Assembly: GCA_963783445.1 (NCBI GenBank)
Contig: CAWANP010000008.1
Location: forward strand, 14,986 to 78,985
Direction: 5' to 3'
From: an uncultured Chloroflexia bacterium
GTDB lineage: Bacteria; Chloroflexota; Anaerolineae; JAAYZQ01
Length of the DNA stretch: 64,000 nucleotides
Shown here piece by piece: positions 48,157 through 57,297 of the stretch (position 1 is the stretch's first letter; every line of letters starts with the position of its first letter). The notes under the pieces were generated by a model. That model did no database searches and had not been told where the DNA came from. It worked only from the letters and a program-made list of their open reading frames with translations. Both the position numbers and the translations under genes were made by a program.

Positions 48157-48767
48157 TCACGCTGGACTTGACTGATCTGTTCCTGACAGGGATGACCTCC
48201 TACGGGCCCCTGCTGTTCGGCCTGGCCCTCCTGCTGAGCCCGCTGGGCCTGCCGATCCCAACAGGCCTGCTGGTACTGGCTGCCGGGGCCTTTGCCCGGC
48301 AGGGCCTCATGGACTGGCCGGTGGCTGCCGCCGTGGGGTTGGCAGGAACGGTCCTGGGTGACATTGGCAGCTATGGCCTGGGGCGCTTTGCCGGTGACTG
48401 GGTACAGCACCGTCTGAAGGGGAACCGCGCCACGCTGCGGCTCAAGGCCCAGGCCCAGTTCCTGAGACATGGCGTCCTGACCCTCCTATCGACGCGGGTT
48501 CTGTTCACCGGCCTCGACGTGCCCACCAACCTGGTCGCGGGCAGCAGCCACTTTCCCTTCCGCCAGTTCCTGGCCTGGGACATGCTCGGCCGCCTGAGCT
48601 GGCTGCTGCTCTATGGTGGGCTGGGCTATGCCTTTGGCAGCCAGTGGCAGGTGGTTAGTCAGGCGATCAGCGATTATCAGGGCTGGTTCGCCGGCGTGGT
48701 GGTTGTGGGGACTGGCTTCCTTCTGCTGCGGCGGCTGCGCCAGAACCAACAACCACGCACGGCGTAG
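48153..48767 (+). CDS. DedA/VTT family membrane protein
   Basis: GLPIP, GDIGSYGLGR, LSTR, LYGGLGY; ATGA overlap with plsC-like gene. Confidence 0.85.
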   Translation: MITLDLTDLFLTGMTSYGPLLFGLALLLSPLGLPIPTGLLVLAAGAFARQGLMDWPVAAAVGLAGTVLGDIGSYGLGRFAGDWVQHRLKGNRATLRLKAQAQFLRHGVLTLLSTRVLFTGLDVPTNLVAGSSHFPFRQFLAWDMLGRLSWLLLYGGLGYAFGSQWQVVSQAISDYQGWFAGVVVVGTGFLLLRRLRQNQQPRTA

Positions 48768-48814
48768 CGTCATGCCAGTGCGGGGGGGTGCAAGCTACCA
48801 AGAAACCCGATCCT

Positions 48815-48882
48815 GTCATTCTGAACGAAGTGAAGAATCTCAGCTGAGCATTGAAGAGATCCTTCGCTTGGCTCAGGATGAC
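48815..48882. repeat. REP-like palindromic element (complete copy)
   Basis: GTCATTCTGAACGAAGTGAAGAATCT...AGATCCTTCGCTTGGCTCAGGATGAC; related half copies near 35246, 37891, 38009, 57230. Confidence 0.7.
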
Positions 48883-48958
48883 GACTACCCCAGGGACAGT
48901 TCTTAATCATAGAATGGTACCCTGTACCATGGAATACTCAGAATGTACGCGAGCGGAC

Positions 48959-49834
48959 CTATTTCGGCACGACAACATGCAAAGAACGGGGGAGGCAGCG
49001 TATCTCGACCGGAGTCATGCCCAAGTAATCACCATCAACCTGAACGGTCTGGGGAGGGTCGACCTGTATACTGGCATGTGTGACCTGCCAATGCTGAAGC
49101 GCCTCCATCCCAAGAGCGCCGCCAACATTATCAGCAATGAATTGCACGATGAGCTTGAGGTCCACACGCCGGAGGACAAATACGTCGAGCAGGCCGTCTT
49201 CGATGTCGATCATGGGTGACAACCTCAAACCAGGGAATCCCAAGTGACCCGAATTTGCTACTGTGCAGACCACGCCCTGCGTCTCGTGAGTCTTGCCATC
49301 CAGATCTAGAACATAAGTCATTGGGCGAGACTCAATCAATGCCTGCAAACCGCCAATGCCGTACGCCAATAGGCCAAAGCGATCTTTTAGCTCGCGTGGG
49401 GTTCGTTCTATCGCGGTTGCTTCCAAACCCACACCGGCCCTCAAGAGGAATTTTCGATTTCCAATTTCCCCCAAATCTACGAGACGGAGAGCATGCTCGG
49501 AAACAAGCAAACGTGCGGCTGCGACAAAATCACGAGGGATCCCAAATTCGTAGGTAAGCACATTGCCAGTGCCGCCAGGAAGAAGGCCAAGCGCCGTCTG
49601 GGTGCCGGCAAGACCCGTTGCTACCTCGCATATCGTCCCATCACCGCCGTACACTGCAACAATCTGTGCCCCTTGCTCGACAAGCTGCCAGGCAAGTGTT
49701 ACCCCATCACCTTCTGCCTGGGTAATCTCAACTGACCAGCGGACACCGGCGGCCCGAAAAACCTGGTTTAGCTCTGCCAGAATCGCTGTCTTTCGACCCG
49801 CAGAAGGATTGACGATGACCGGTATCCAGTTCAT
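48959..49834 (-). CDS. Diacylglycerol kinase family lipid kinase (YegS/BmrU-like)
   Basis: VNPSAG, GGDGT, PGGTGN, QVDGD. Confidence 0.9.
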   Translation of the reverse strand: MNWIPVIVNPSAGRKTAILAELNQVFRAAGVRWSVEITQAEGDGVTLAWQLVEQGAQIVAVYGGDGTICEVATGLAGTQTALGLLPGGTGNVLTYEFGIPRDFVAAARLLVSEHALRLVDLGEIGNRKFLLRAGVGLEATAIERTPRELKDRFGLLAYGIGGLQALIESRPMTYVLDLDGKTHETQGVVCTVANSGHLGFPGLRLSPMIDIEDGLLDVFVLRRVDLKLIVQFIADNVGGALGMEALQHWQVTHASIQVDPPQTVQVDGDYLGMTPVEIRCLPRSLHVVVPK

Positions 49835-50622
49835 CAGGCCATCTCTGCCACCATCCACTGCATAGCGCGGCGCCGGATGGTTCGTTTGAAGGGCAGATTC
49901 CCCGGCTCAGCAAGGAAGCAGAGGATCTCGCCTGATGTGGAGGGCAGCATCATAGCCACATGGAGGCCGTCCCGCCAGGTGAAGGGCCATGCCGGAGCGC
50001 CGACTACAACGAGGTCACAATTTGACTCCACGTGACCATTGCGGATGACCGGCTGCATCGTCGTGACGTAGGAGATATGCGCTGGCCCGTCGGGGATGTC
50101 TTCCGCCAAACCAAAGAGCTGCCGGATTCCCACCTGAACCGAGTGGCCCTGCCGGACATGCTCTTTCAGTTTCTCCAGATTGCCGCGCACGCGATTCCCA
50201 TCGGCATCATGTTCGTAGACAGTTCGCCAGCGGTCGCAGACAAACCAGCGATAGACCCCGTAGGAATAGGCTTGGCTCTCATCCACGCGGACATCACCCC
50301 ACATCCACTTCACCTGGCAATAGACCCCAGAAGCATCGTATTTGAAAATGCTGATATAGGGCTGTTGAATGTCTCGCCCGCGGTGGACGTAGCTATGGTG
50401 GTGGCTCATGAGTCCGGCGAAAGCATCCCCCTCACCCACGTAGGTCTGCTGGAAATAGAGCGTTTCCTCATACAGATCCGTGGTCATGTAGAGTCTCAGG
50501 TCTGCACCGCTGCGTACCGCTCCGACCAACCCGGACACGTCGCCAGCGGTGATTGTCAGGTCCGTCTGCTGTTCGAGGGCAAGCTGCCAGCCTTGTTCCA
50601 TCCGGCTATTCCTTTCAGTCAC
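49834..50622 (-). CDS. Hypothetical protein with internal two-fold repeat
   Basis: 262-aa ORF overlapping the DAGK start; repeated W..(V)..H...G....G....L...VR.G..V unit. Confidence 0.65.
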   Translation of the reverse strand: MTERNSRMEQGWQLALEQQTDLTITAGDVSGLVGAVRSGADLRLYMTTDLYEETLYFQQTYVGEGDAFAGLMSHHHSYVHRGRDIQQPYISIFKYDASGVYCQVKWMWGDVRVDESQAYSYGVYRWFVCDRWRTVYEHDADGNRVRGNLEKLKEHVRQGHSVQVGIRQLFGLAEDIPDGPAHISYVTTMQPVIRNGHVESNCDLVVVGAPAWPFTWRDGLHVAMMLPSTSGEILCFLAEPGNLPFKRTIRRRAMQWMVAEMA

Positions 50623-50662
50623 TGTCCTTCGACAGGCATCTTTGGCACGCGGGCACGCGCGT

Positions 50663-51625
50663 TCAGTGCTGGCTCAAACTCTGCCTTCGGACGAGAGCAT
50701 CCGCCAGAACACACACAATCTCGTACAACAAGGTGGCGCCAACCAGGGCCGTATTCCCGGTGGGATCAAAAGGCGGTGACACCTCAACCACGTCCGCGCC
50801 GATCAGATTGAGACCTGCAAGCCCTCGTATGAGCGCCTGTGCCTGGATGGGCGTCAAGCCACCTATCTCTGGTGTCCCGGTACCCGGGGCAAAGGCCGGG
50901 TCAAGGCTGTCGATATCGAAGGAGAGGTAGGTAGGTCCCCAGCCGACCACGCTCCTTACTTGGTCAAGCGTGGCCTCGACGCCCAGGGAGGTGAGTTCTT
51001 CCATGTATACGACGCGAATGCCTGCATCCTCAGAACCATGCCAACTCTCCTCCGAGTTCTGCGCCCCTCTTATGCCGATTTGGATCGTCCTGTTGGGGTC
51101 CAGGAAACCCTCCTCCATGGCTCGGCGGAATGGGGTACCGTGGGTATACTTTTGCCCAAATTCATGGTCACTCGTATCGGTGTGGGCATCGATGTGAACC
51201 AAACCCACTGGCCGGTCAGCCGCAACTGCTCGTAAAATGGGAAGCGTGATGGAGTGGTCGCCGCCAGCGCTCAGGGGAGTTGCGCCAGCAGCACAGACCT
51301 CGTCGTAGAAAGCGGCAATGTCGGCGAAGCATTGTCGCAGGTCAAAAGGATTCGAGAGAGGCACGTCCCCCAGATCTGCGATGTTGCAGAGTTCGTAGGG
51401 ATTTACGCGCGTCACATGATGGACAGCACGTGTGAAGCTGGACATGTTGCGGATTTCCCGAGGGCCGTGCCGAGCGCCAGGCCGGTTTTCGGTGGCACCA
51501 TCATAGGGCACGCCAATCAGAGCGATATCCACGCCGGATGGATCGCTGACCAGAGGTCTTTGCAACAGCGTGGCTACGCCAGCATATCGAAGCGGGGCCG
51601 CTTCAGTCTCAGGCACCTGGTTCAT
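50663..51625 (-). CDS. speB: Agmatinase / ureohydrolase
   Basis: RPGARHGP, GGDHS, DAHTD, HGTPF, SFDIDSLDP, PGTGTPE. Confidence 0.85.
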   Translation of the reverse strand: MNQVPETEAAPLRYAGVATLLQRPLVSDPSGVDIALIGVPYDGATENRPGARHGPREIRNMSSFTRAVHHVTRVNPYELCNIADLGDVPLSNPFDLRQCFADIAAFYDEVCAAGATPLSAGGDHSITLPILRAVAADRPVGLVHIDAHTDTSDHEFGQKYTHGTPFRRAMEEGFLDPNRTIQIGIRGAQNSEESWHGSEDAGIRVVYMEELTSLGVEATLDQVRSVVGWGPTYLSFDIDSLDPAFAPGTGTPEIGGLTPIQAQALIRGLAGLNLIGADVVEVSPPFDPTGNTALVGATLLYEIVCVLADALVRRQSLSQH

Positions 51626-51749
51626 ATCTCACATCCTCCTGATTGGGCAGCAACCGAGTCACCGTAGAACGGGACAAAACCCAGACCAAAGGCCGCAAGC
51701 ACCAAGCGCATCACGTGGGTGAGTATCACCGGGTACTTCTCGGCTCTGA

Positions 51750-52232
51750 TGTCGGAGGCACTTGCCGAACGAGCACCGTAGGCCTTCCAATCGCCTGTCG
51801 AGCTCGGCACGAGATAAAACTGCACGACGGCACAGGCAAACTGTCGATCAGGCACTGGCGATCTTGGGCCAAGTCTAACCAGCTCAATAGGATTCATCGA
51901 ATGAGATTGATAACAAACATCAGGTTCCGTCGTCGTCGATTGAAGCGGCTCTGCGAAGGGATGCAGGGAAACAGATCCGTGTGCTCCTGCATATAGCTGA
52001 GCAATTCGGTTTCCACATCCAGCCTCGACACTCCCCTACAAGAGTCATCGCTATCAGTTCACTGTCCACAGACCGGAGCCGGCCCAGGCCGATCAGAACT
52101 GGCCAAGTTCTGGAGAATATCATCGACTATCACGAATACGTATGTGCAGAAATCTTCAAAATCGTGTATCATGGACCGTCCTCCGATGTGACTAGCGGGT
52201 TTGTGGTGAACCATTCTATATCACATCAGAGG
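51750..52232 (-). mobile_element. Degenerate IS982-family transposase fragment (5' portion) with upstream RBS-overlapping inverted repeat
   Basis: From ATG at 52172 across frameshifts/stop: MIHDFEDFCTYVFVIVDD...DSELIAMTLVGECRG...LFPCIPSQSRFNRRRRNL...LIDSLPV...; IR TCCTCCGATGTGA...TCACATCAGAGGA. Confidence 0.75.
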
Positions 52233-52244
52233 ACTTTTTGTGCG

Positions 52245-52802
52245 CTAGGTCGCGTAAGCCACCTGATAGGTCGTTTGAACAAATCCATTGCTGAAGGATT
52301 TCGTAACCTGGTGAAGCAATGACCGTTCAACCCCCAGGGAGCCAAACAGCGGAATGCCGCTACCAAGAATGACAGGTATTTGCGTGATCGTGATCTCGTG
52401 GATCAATCCAGCTTTCATAAAGCCTTGGATGGTTCTGCCGCCATCGATATAGAGGTGCCTGGCCCCCTCACGCTCCAGATGAGAAACCAGTTCGCCTGGG
52501 GCCAGGTTTTCTACCCTAACTTTGCCGTGGAGGTGACTAGGAACGACCAGGGCACGGTGCGATAAGACGATGACCAGAGTCTCTTCATAAGGCCACTCGC
52601 CGAAGGATAGTACCTTTTCAAAGCTTGCGCTGCCCATGACCAGAACGTCAACCGAGTTGATGAACTCGCCATAGCCCAAGTCGCCCCCATCGGCTACTGC
52701 ATAGGCTGGATTGTGAAGCCAGGCGATGTCGCCATCTGGCCGGGCGATGAACCCGTCAACACTGGTGGCAATATACACTGAGCATTGAATGCTCACGGCC
52801 AT
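52245..52802 (-). CDS. Dihydrofolate-reductase-like (RibD C-terminal) protein
   Basis: YIATSVDGFIA, VMGSASFE, YIDGG, PVILGSGIPLF. Confidence 0.9.
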   Translation of the reverse strand: MAVSIQCSVYIATSVDGFIARPDGDIAWLHNPAYAVADGGDLGYGEFINSVDVLVMGSASFEKVLSFGEWPYEETLVIVLSHRALVVPSHLHGKVRVENLAPGELVSHLEREGARHLYIDGGRTIQGFMKAGLIHEITITQIPVILGSGIPLFGSLGVERSLLHQVTKSFSNGFVQTTYQVAYAT

Positions 52803-52864
52803 ATCTCCTTCTTTGACACAGAATACCAGCCAGCTATGTCAGGTCTGCAGGCCCAAACCGCCAG

Positions 52865-53812
52865 CTAGGGAGTTATTCTGGCAAGCAGGGCAGCTGCATT
52901 GAAAATGAGTCGTGCTGCAGTCAGGGCAGAGGTCCCGTCGCTGTCTCTGCTTGGCATAAACTCAACCAGATTGAAACCACAGAGGAGGGCCCTGGCAGCC
53001 ACGCCTTGCAGGATTTCCACGACATCCCAGTAGGTGAGGCCGCCCGGCGTGGGGGACATGACGGCGGGCATGATGCTTGAATCAAGCACATCGCAGTCAA
53101 AGGTCACCAAGACGTCGCTATCCTTCGGAATGAGGTCCAATATTGGTTGAATCCCCTCACGATTGACCTGTTGGGCGGTGATGAGTTTTGCTCCCCAGGC
53201 CAACGCATCCTCAACCTCGCCCGCCCGGGCACTGCCCATGGAGCGCATCCCGACCTGAACGATACGCTCAATCCAGGGCATTTCGGAGGCGCGGCGCATG
53301 GTACTGCTCAGGCCGTATCGCTCACCGTTTACTTCTTCCCGCCAATCGATGTGGGCGTCGAATTGCAGAATGGTATAAGGGCCTCGACCCTCATAAGCCT
53401 GGAAAACTGGAATGGGGACAGAATCATCCCCCCCGATCACGATGGGAGCCGCCCCAGCCTGCAGAATCTGCTTGACGGCGCTGGTGATGATCGTCCGATT
53501 GCTGGCATAATCCGACTCACTCGTCGCCAGATCTCCGGCATCAACGACAGGCCCGAATTCGTCATCTAGCAGCGAGCCGCTAATTTCAAAGTCATAGTGC
53601 CCGCTAAGAGGAGTATAGTAGGACATGGCCGCTCGAAGGGCAGCCGCTGTCGTGGCCGAGAAATTGCCAAAGCCCGGATACGGTGTTGCAGTGGGTGCGC
53701 CGATGATGGCCACCGCCGCCTCCAGTTGAGCCAAGTCAGCACACGCTGGCAAGCCAAGAAATGTGTCCTTGCCAGTGCGGTCTGGATAGAATACATCCCG
53801 CATTTCAGACAT
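52865..53812 (-). CDS. Second ureohydrolase (arginase/agmatinase family), GGDDS variant
   Basis: GGDDS, FDAHID, QVGMR, TFDCDVLD, PTPGG, NLVE; ATG after GGAGG. Confidence 0.85.
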   Translation of the reverse strand: MSEMRDVFYPDRTGKDTFLGLPACADLAQLEAAVAIIGAPTATPYPGFGNFSATTAAALRAAMSYYTPLSGHYDFEISGSLLDDEFGPVVDAGDLATSESDYASNRTIITSAVKQILQAGAAPIVIGGDDSVPIPVFQAYEGRGPYTILQFDAHIDWREEVNGERYGLSSTMRRASEMPWIERIVQVGMRSMGSARAGEVEDALAWGAKLITAQQVNREGIQPILDLIPKDSDVLVTFDCDVLDSSIMPAVMSPTPGGLTYWDVVEILQGVAARALLCGFNLVEFMPSRDSDGTSALTAARLIFNAAALLARITP

Positions 53813-54060
53813 TCGATGCACCTCCATTAGTATCTCTCGCCAACGCAGCCAGATTGTAGCACAGGTCCTCTTTGCGAGCAACAGCCAGAAGTGGGGATTT
53901 CCGTGACACAACGAGCCAATGAAGGGGAGTCCGTTGGAACCCGCCGGTGCGTCCCTGCGCTAGCAACGAGCTACGGGCTGACGCGGCACGGCACACATCG
54001 AAGAAGCGTCGTCTGAAGCAGATCCCAGCCATCCTAAAGACGGCTTTGACTCAGCTACGG

Positions 54061-54852
54061 CTAGCCGGCTTGGTCTGCGCTGCGCCACCAAGCGACTGTC
54101 GCCCCGACCCCAACGATGAAGGCCAGCAGTACCAGAATATAGCTGTGTAGCCCAATCTGCCCAGCTCCGTCCCGCCCGACCATACCGCTGATCATCACCG
54201 GCACGGACCACGGAAACCAATCGCCCCAACCCAGGACGCCCGCGATCTGGGCCAGAATCAGTGTGAGAAAGGCCCAGCCCAGCGCTGGCAGGTAGCCGCG
54301 TCCCACGCTGGCAAACAGCGCAACAAAAGGTACGAGCATGAAACCCAGGAGGGCAACGAGCAGGAGGGACCAAAACGAGAACCATGCCAATTCAACAGAC
54401 CAACCCGGAATCCCGACGACCGCTCCCACAACCAGCCCAAGCACAAAGACCATGAGGGCGAGGCCCAAGATCCAGAGCGCCGTCACAACTAACTTTGCAG
54501 CGACAATGGTCGCCCGCGAGGTGGGGAGAGCAAGCAGTTCTTTGGCCGTATGGTCGGAGAACTCGCGTCCAAAAACCCAGGCGGTGATGAACGCAAACAG
54601 GATGGCTCCAGCAATTGCCATTCCCTGCAAGAGTATCTCAAAATGGGTGGGCCAGTCGGCGGCCCCCGCGATAAGCTGGGATTTCATGCTGATCAAGCCC
54701 ATGGAACGGGCGGCCTCGGGATCTTTAAGAATCACCATGAACAGCCCGCTGACCAAGGGCAAGATAGAGAATGCCACGGCCGACAGCAGGGTTACTTTGG
54801 AGCGGCGTACTTTGAGCCCCTCGGCCCAAAAAGATGCAAGAAAGTCTCTCAC
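54061..54852 (-). CDS. ABC-2 type permease (BcrB/lantibiotic-immunity-like)
   Basis: WVFGREFSDHTAKELLALP, WFPWS, about 6 TM. Confidence 0.85.
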   Translation of the reverse strand: MRDFLASFWAEGLKVRRSKVTLLSAVAFSILPLVSGLFMVILKDPEAARSMGLISMKSQLIAGAADWPTHFEILLQGMAIAGAILFAFITAWVFGREFSDHTAKELLALPTSRATIVAAKLVVTALWILGLALMVFVLGLVVGAVVGIPGWSVELAWFSFWSLLLVALLGFMLVPFVALFASVGRGYLPALGWAFLTLILAQIAGVLGWGDWFPWSVPVMISGMVGRDGAGQIGLHSYILVLLAFIVGVGATVAWWRSADQAG

Positions 54853-55760
54853 GGTGCTCCGCCTGTCAGGCGCAGGAAATGGCCTTCGAGATCCTCCTGC
54901 TCCACGGCCAGTCTCGACGGGGGCGCTCCCGCTTTGACAAGGAGGGTTGCCACGGCTTCCGGCGCGCGGATGGCGCGCGCTTCGGTCAAAATGAGCGTAC
55001 CCCCTGTCGCTTTTACGGCAAAGCCAGCCCGGGTCAGCGCGGTTTGGGCGGCGTCCAGGTTGCGCGCCTGGATTTCCAGACGCTGCAGCCTCAATGCCTC
55101 CAGCTCGTCCGCATCGAGTTCCTCCAGCAGGCGGCCGTTGTGGATAATGCCAATGCGCGTAGCGAGGCGGTCCACCTCTGTGAGGATGTGGCTCGACATG
55201 AACACGGTCACGCCTTGCTCACGGGCGAGACCCGCCAGGAGTTGGCGTATTTCAACCACCCCCGCCGGGTCGAGCCCATTGGCCGGTTCGTCGAGGATCA
55301 GCAGCTCGGGCTCATGCAACAACGCGCGCGCCAATCCCAGGCGCTGGAAATTGCCCGTCGAGAGCGTACCGGCCTTTCGGTCCGCGTAAGGAGCAAGGCC
55401 AAGGCGCTCAATCACACGGGACGTGACCTTCTTGTCGGATACCTCCTGCAGTCGCCGGGCGATCTCTAGGTTCTCCCGCACGCTTAGTTCTGGATAAGCG
55501 GCGGGCCTTTCGACCAGATGGCCAACCCGCCGCCATGGCCCGCGCCCGTTCGGCCCGACATCTTGGCCCAGTACCTTGACCGAGCCTGCACTCGGACGGA
55601 TCATGCCCAGTAGAGCCCGGATCGTTGTCGTCTTGCCCGCACCGTTCAGGCCGAGGAAACCATAGATCTCCCCAGGCTCAACCCTCAGGGTGACCGAGTC
55701 AACCGCATGCACCGGACCATAGTGTTTTGATAGCTTGTCTGTTTCGATTACCGGAGTCAC
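54849..55760 (-). CDS. ABC transporter ATP-binding protein (BcrA-like)
   Basis: GLNGAGKT, LSTGNFQR, ILDEPANGLDP, SSHIL. Confidence 0.92.
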   Translation of the reverse strand: MTPVIETDKLSKHYGPVHAVDSVTLRVEPGEIYGFLGLNGAGKTTTIRALLGMIRPSAGSVKVLGQDVGPNGRGPWRRVGHLVERPAAYPELSVRENLEIARRLQEVSDKKVTSRVIERLGLAPYADRKAGTLSTGNFQRLGLARALLHEPELLILDEPANGLDPAGVVEIRQLLAGLAREQGVTVFMSSHILTEVDRLATRIGIIHNGRLLEELDADELEALRLQRLEIQARNLDAAQTALTRAGFAVKATGGTLILTEARAIRAPEAVATLLVKAGAPPSRLAVEQEDLEGHFLRLTGGAP

Positions 55761-55784
55761 GCTGCACCCGTTGGCGCCATCGCC

Positions 55785-56234
55785 TTAGCTGCTCCCGGCT
55801 AGCGCCCGTGCCCAGCCTGTAGCACGCTCGACCTCACCTTTCTTGAGCGGCCCCTTTTTGAGGCCCCTGACGAGAAAACCGCCCGGCTCGGCTGCGAATG
55901 TCCAGCCATTGCCCTTGAGCGCCTCCGCCATTCTATCCGCGGCAAAACCATAACGCCGGAGGAATCTCCAGGACAAGCGAGTATCAAAGGTGGCTACTCG
56001 AGCACCCTCGCGAGCCGGCGGCCCTATCTTTTCAACCAGGCCCTGGACCGCCTCCGTTGGCAACGCTCCGTGGGTAGGCGAGCCAATGATGAGCAGATCG
56101 ATGCCCTCCAATACACCAGCATTGACTTGACCCACACGCAGTACCTGTACCTCACCAGGAAGCGCACCACCGATAGCCCGTGCGATGCTCTCTGTATTCC
56201 CATAGACCGAGTCATAGATGACCAGCGCCTTCAT
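55785..56234 (-). CDS. Flavodoxin-like protein
   Basis: IYDSVYGNTE, IGSPTHG, FDTR. Confidence 0.88.
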   Translation of the reverse strand: MKALVIYDSVYGNTESIARAIGGALPGEVQVLRVGQVNAGVLEGIDLLIIGSPTHGALPTEAVQGLVEKIGPPAREGARVATFDTRLSWRFLRRYGFAADRMAEALKGNGWTFAAEPGGFLVRGLKKGPLKKGEVERATGWARALAGSS

Positions 56235-56480
56235 GATTTCCCTCCCCTCTGGCGTCTAGCATACGATGCTTTCTACGAATGTACCTGACACCAATCTGTC
56301 GTTTTCTGGATACTGGACGCAGACGCCAGCAGAAGGGCCAGCAGCAAGAGAGCAGACAGAAAAAGCAAAGGCAGGAAACCCTGTCTCACAACTGTGCGCC
56401 TGCTTTCAGATACCTGCTGTGAATCGTTCTATTGGGAAGGGGTCGCCATGCCTGGGGTCAAGGGTCTTGATCAAGGCCGC

Positions 56481-57161
56481 TCAGGTTTTGTCGACGCGGG
56501 CCTGCGCCAGTGCAGGGTCGTCCACCATGGGCTGCCGGACGACCACACGGCATGGCGACCCAGACACCCCTGTAAGCCGCAGTGGCAGCGCAATAAGCTC
56601 TCCACCGGGCCTGACCCGCATGGCCGCCCCTTCATCTACATCCTCAACCAAGTACTTTCCAGCCTCAGCCAGCGCTTGATGAAAGTAGAACATTCCCCTG
56701 CCTTTTACCCGAACGCCAAATACGCTCAGCCAGACGGCACACGGCAGCTTGAGCAATGCATTCATAACCTCTTCTGATACCGTGGTCACAGTACGGGCAG
56801 ATGAGGTCAAGAATAGAATCGTCTCGCCGTGATAGGTTGGCTGAAAGCCACGTTCTGCCTTCTGCATCGTTTCGTGAAGGTCCACCCACAAATACCTGCC
56901 GATCAGCGCATCAAGAGGCAGTGCCTCCAACGCTGCCCCGCCTTCCGCAAAGTGGGAAGGAGCATCAATGTGCGTGCCGGTTTGAGTCCCCATCGACAAG
57001 CGTGAGACCTTGAATCCCTGGCTCTGAATCGTACACCAAGTTTCCACTTCAAGAGGCAGGTCAGAATAGTCGCCATGTGTGTAGATGGGCAGGTGCTCAT
57101 CAAGTACTCTTGTCAGATCGATGATTTCCAGCCTGCCCCCCCCGGCTTCAGTCAAAGTCAT
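56481..57161 (-). CDS. Cyclase family metal-dependent hydrolase (kynurenine formamidase-like)
   Basis: IIDLT, QTGTHIDAPSHF, LVED, LPLRL.G.SGSPCR. Confidence 0.8.
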   Translation of the reverse strand: MTLTEAGGGRLEIIDLTRVLDEHLPIYTHGDYSDLPLEVETWCTIQSQGFKVSRLSMGTQTGTHIDAPSHFAEGGAALEALPLDALIGRYLWVDLHETMQKAERGFQPTYHGETILFLTSSARTVTTVSEEVMNALLKLPCAVWLSVFGVRVKGRGMFYFHQALAEAGKYLVEDVDEGAAMRVRPGGELIALPLRLTGVSGSPCRVVVRQPMVDDPALAQARVDKT

Positions 57162-57297
57162 CGCACGCCCTTTCTTTCGGCACTTGCCATCGACATAGCC
57201 TGCTATTGGAAAACATTCCCATCATTCGTCGGCTGCGCTCAGGACAAGATTCGATGTACTCAGGACGACGGACCAGCCTCAAAGAGTGCATAGGTAC

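Noticed and set aside
51626-51720. Guanidine riboswitch before agmatinase
   Set aside because: The GGGACAAAA-like stretch is on the wrong strand and the other consensus elements are missing.
56252-56320. attC-like site (GCGTCTAG...CTGGACGC) before the flavodoxin gene, and a similar stretch near 53960
   Set aside because: Lacks proper RYYYAAC/GTTRRRY cores and internal pairing; no integrase or array.
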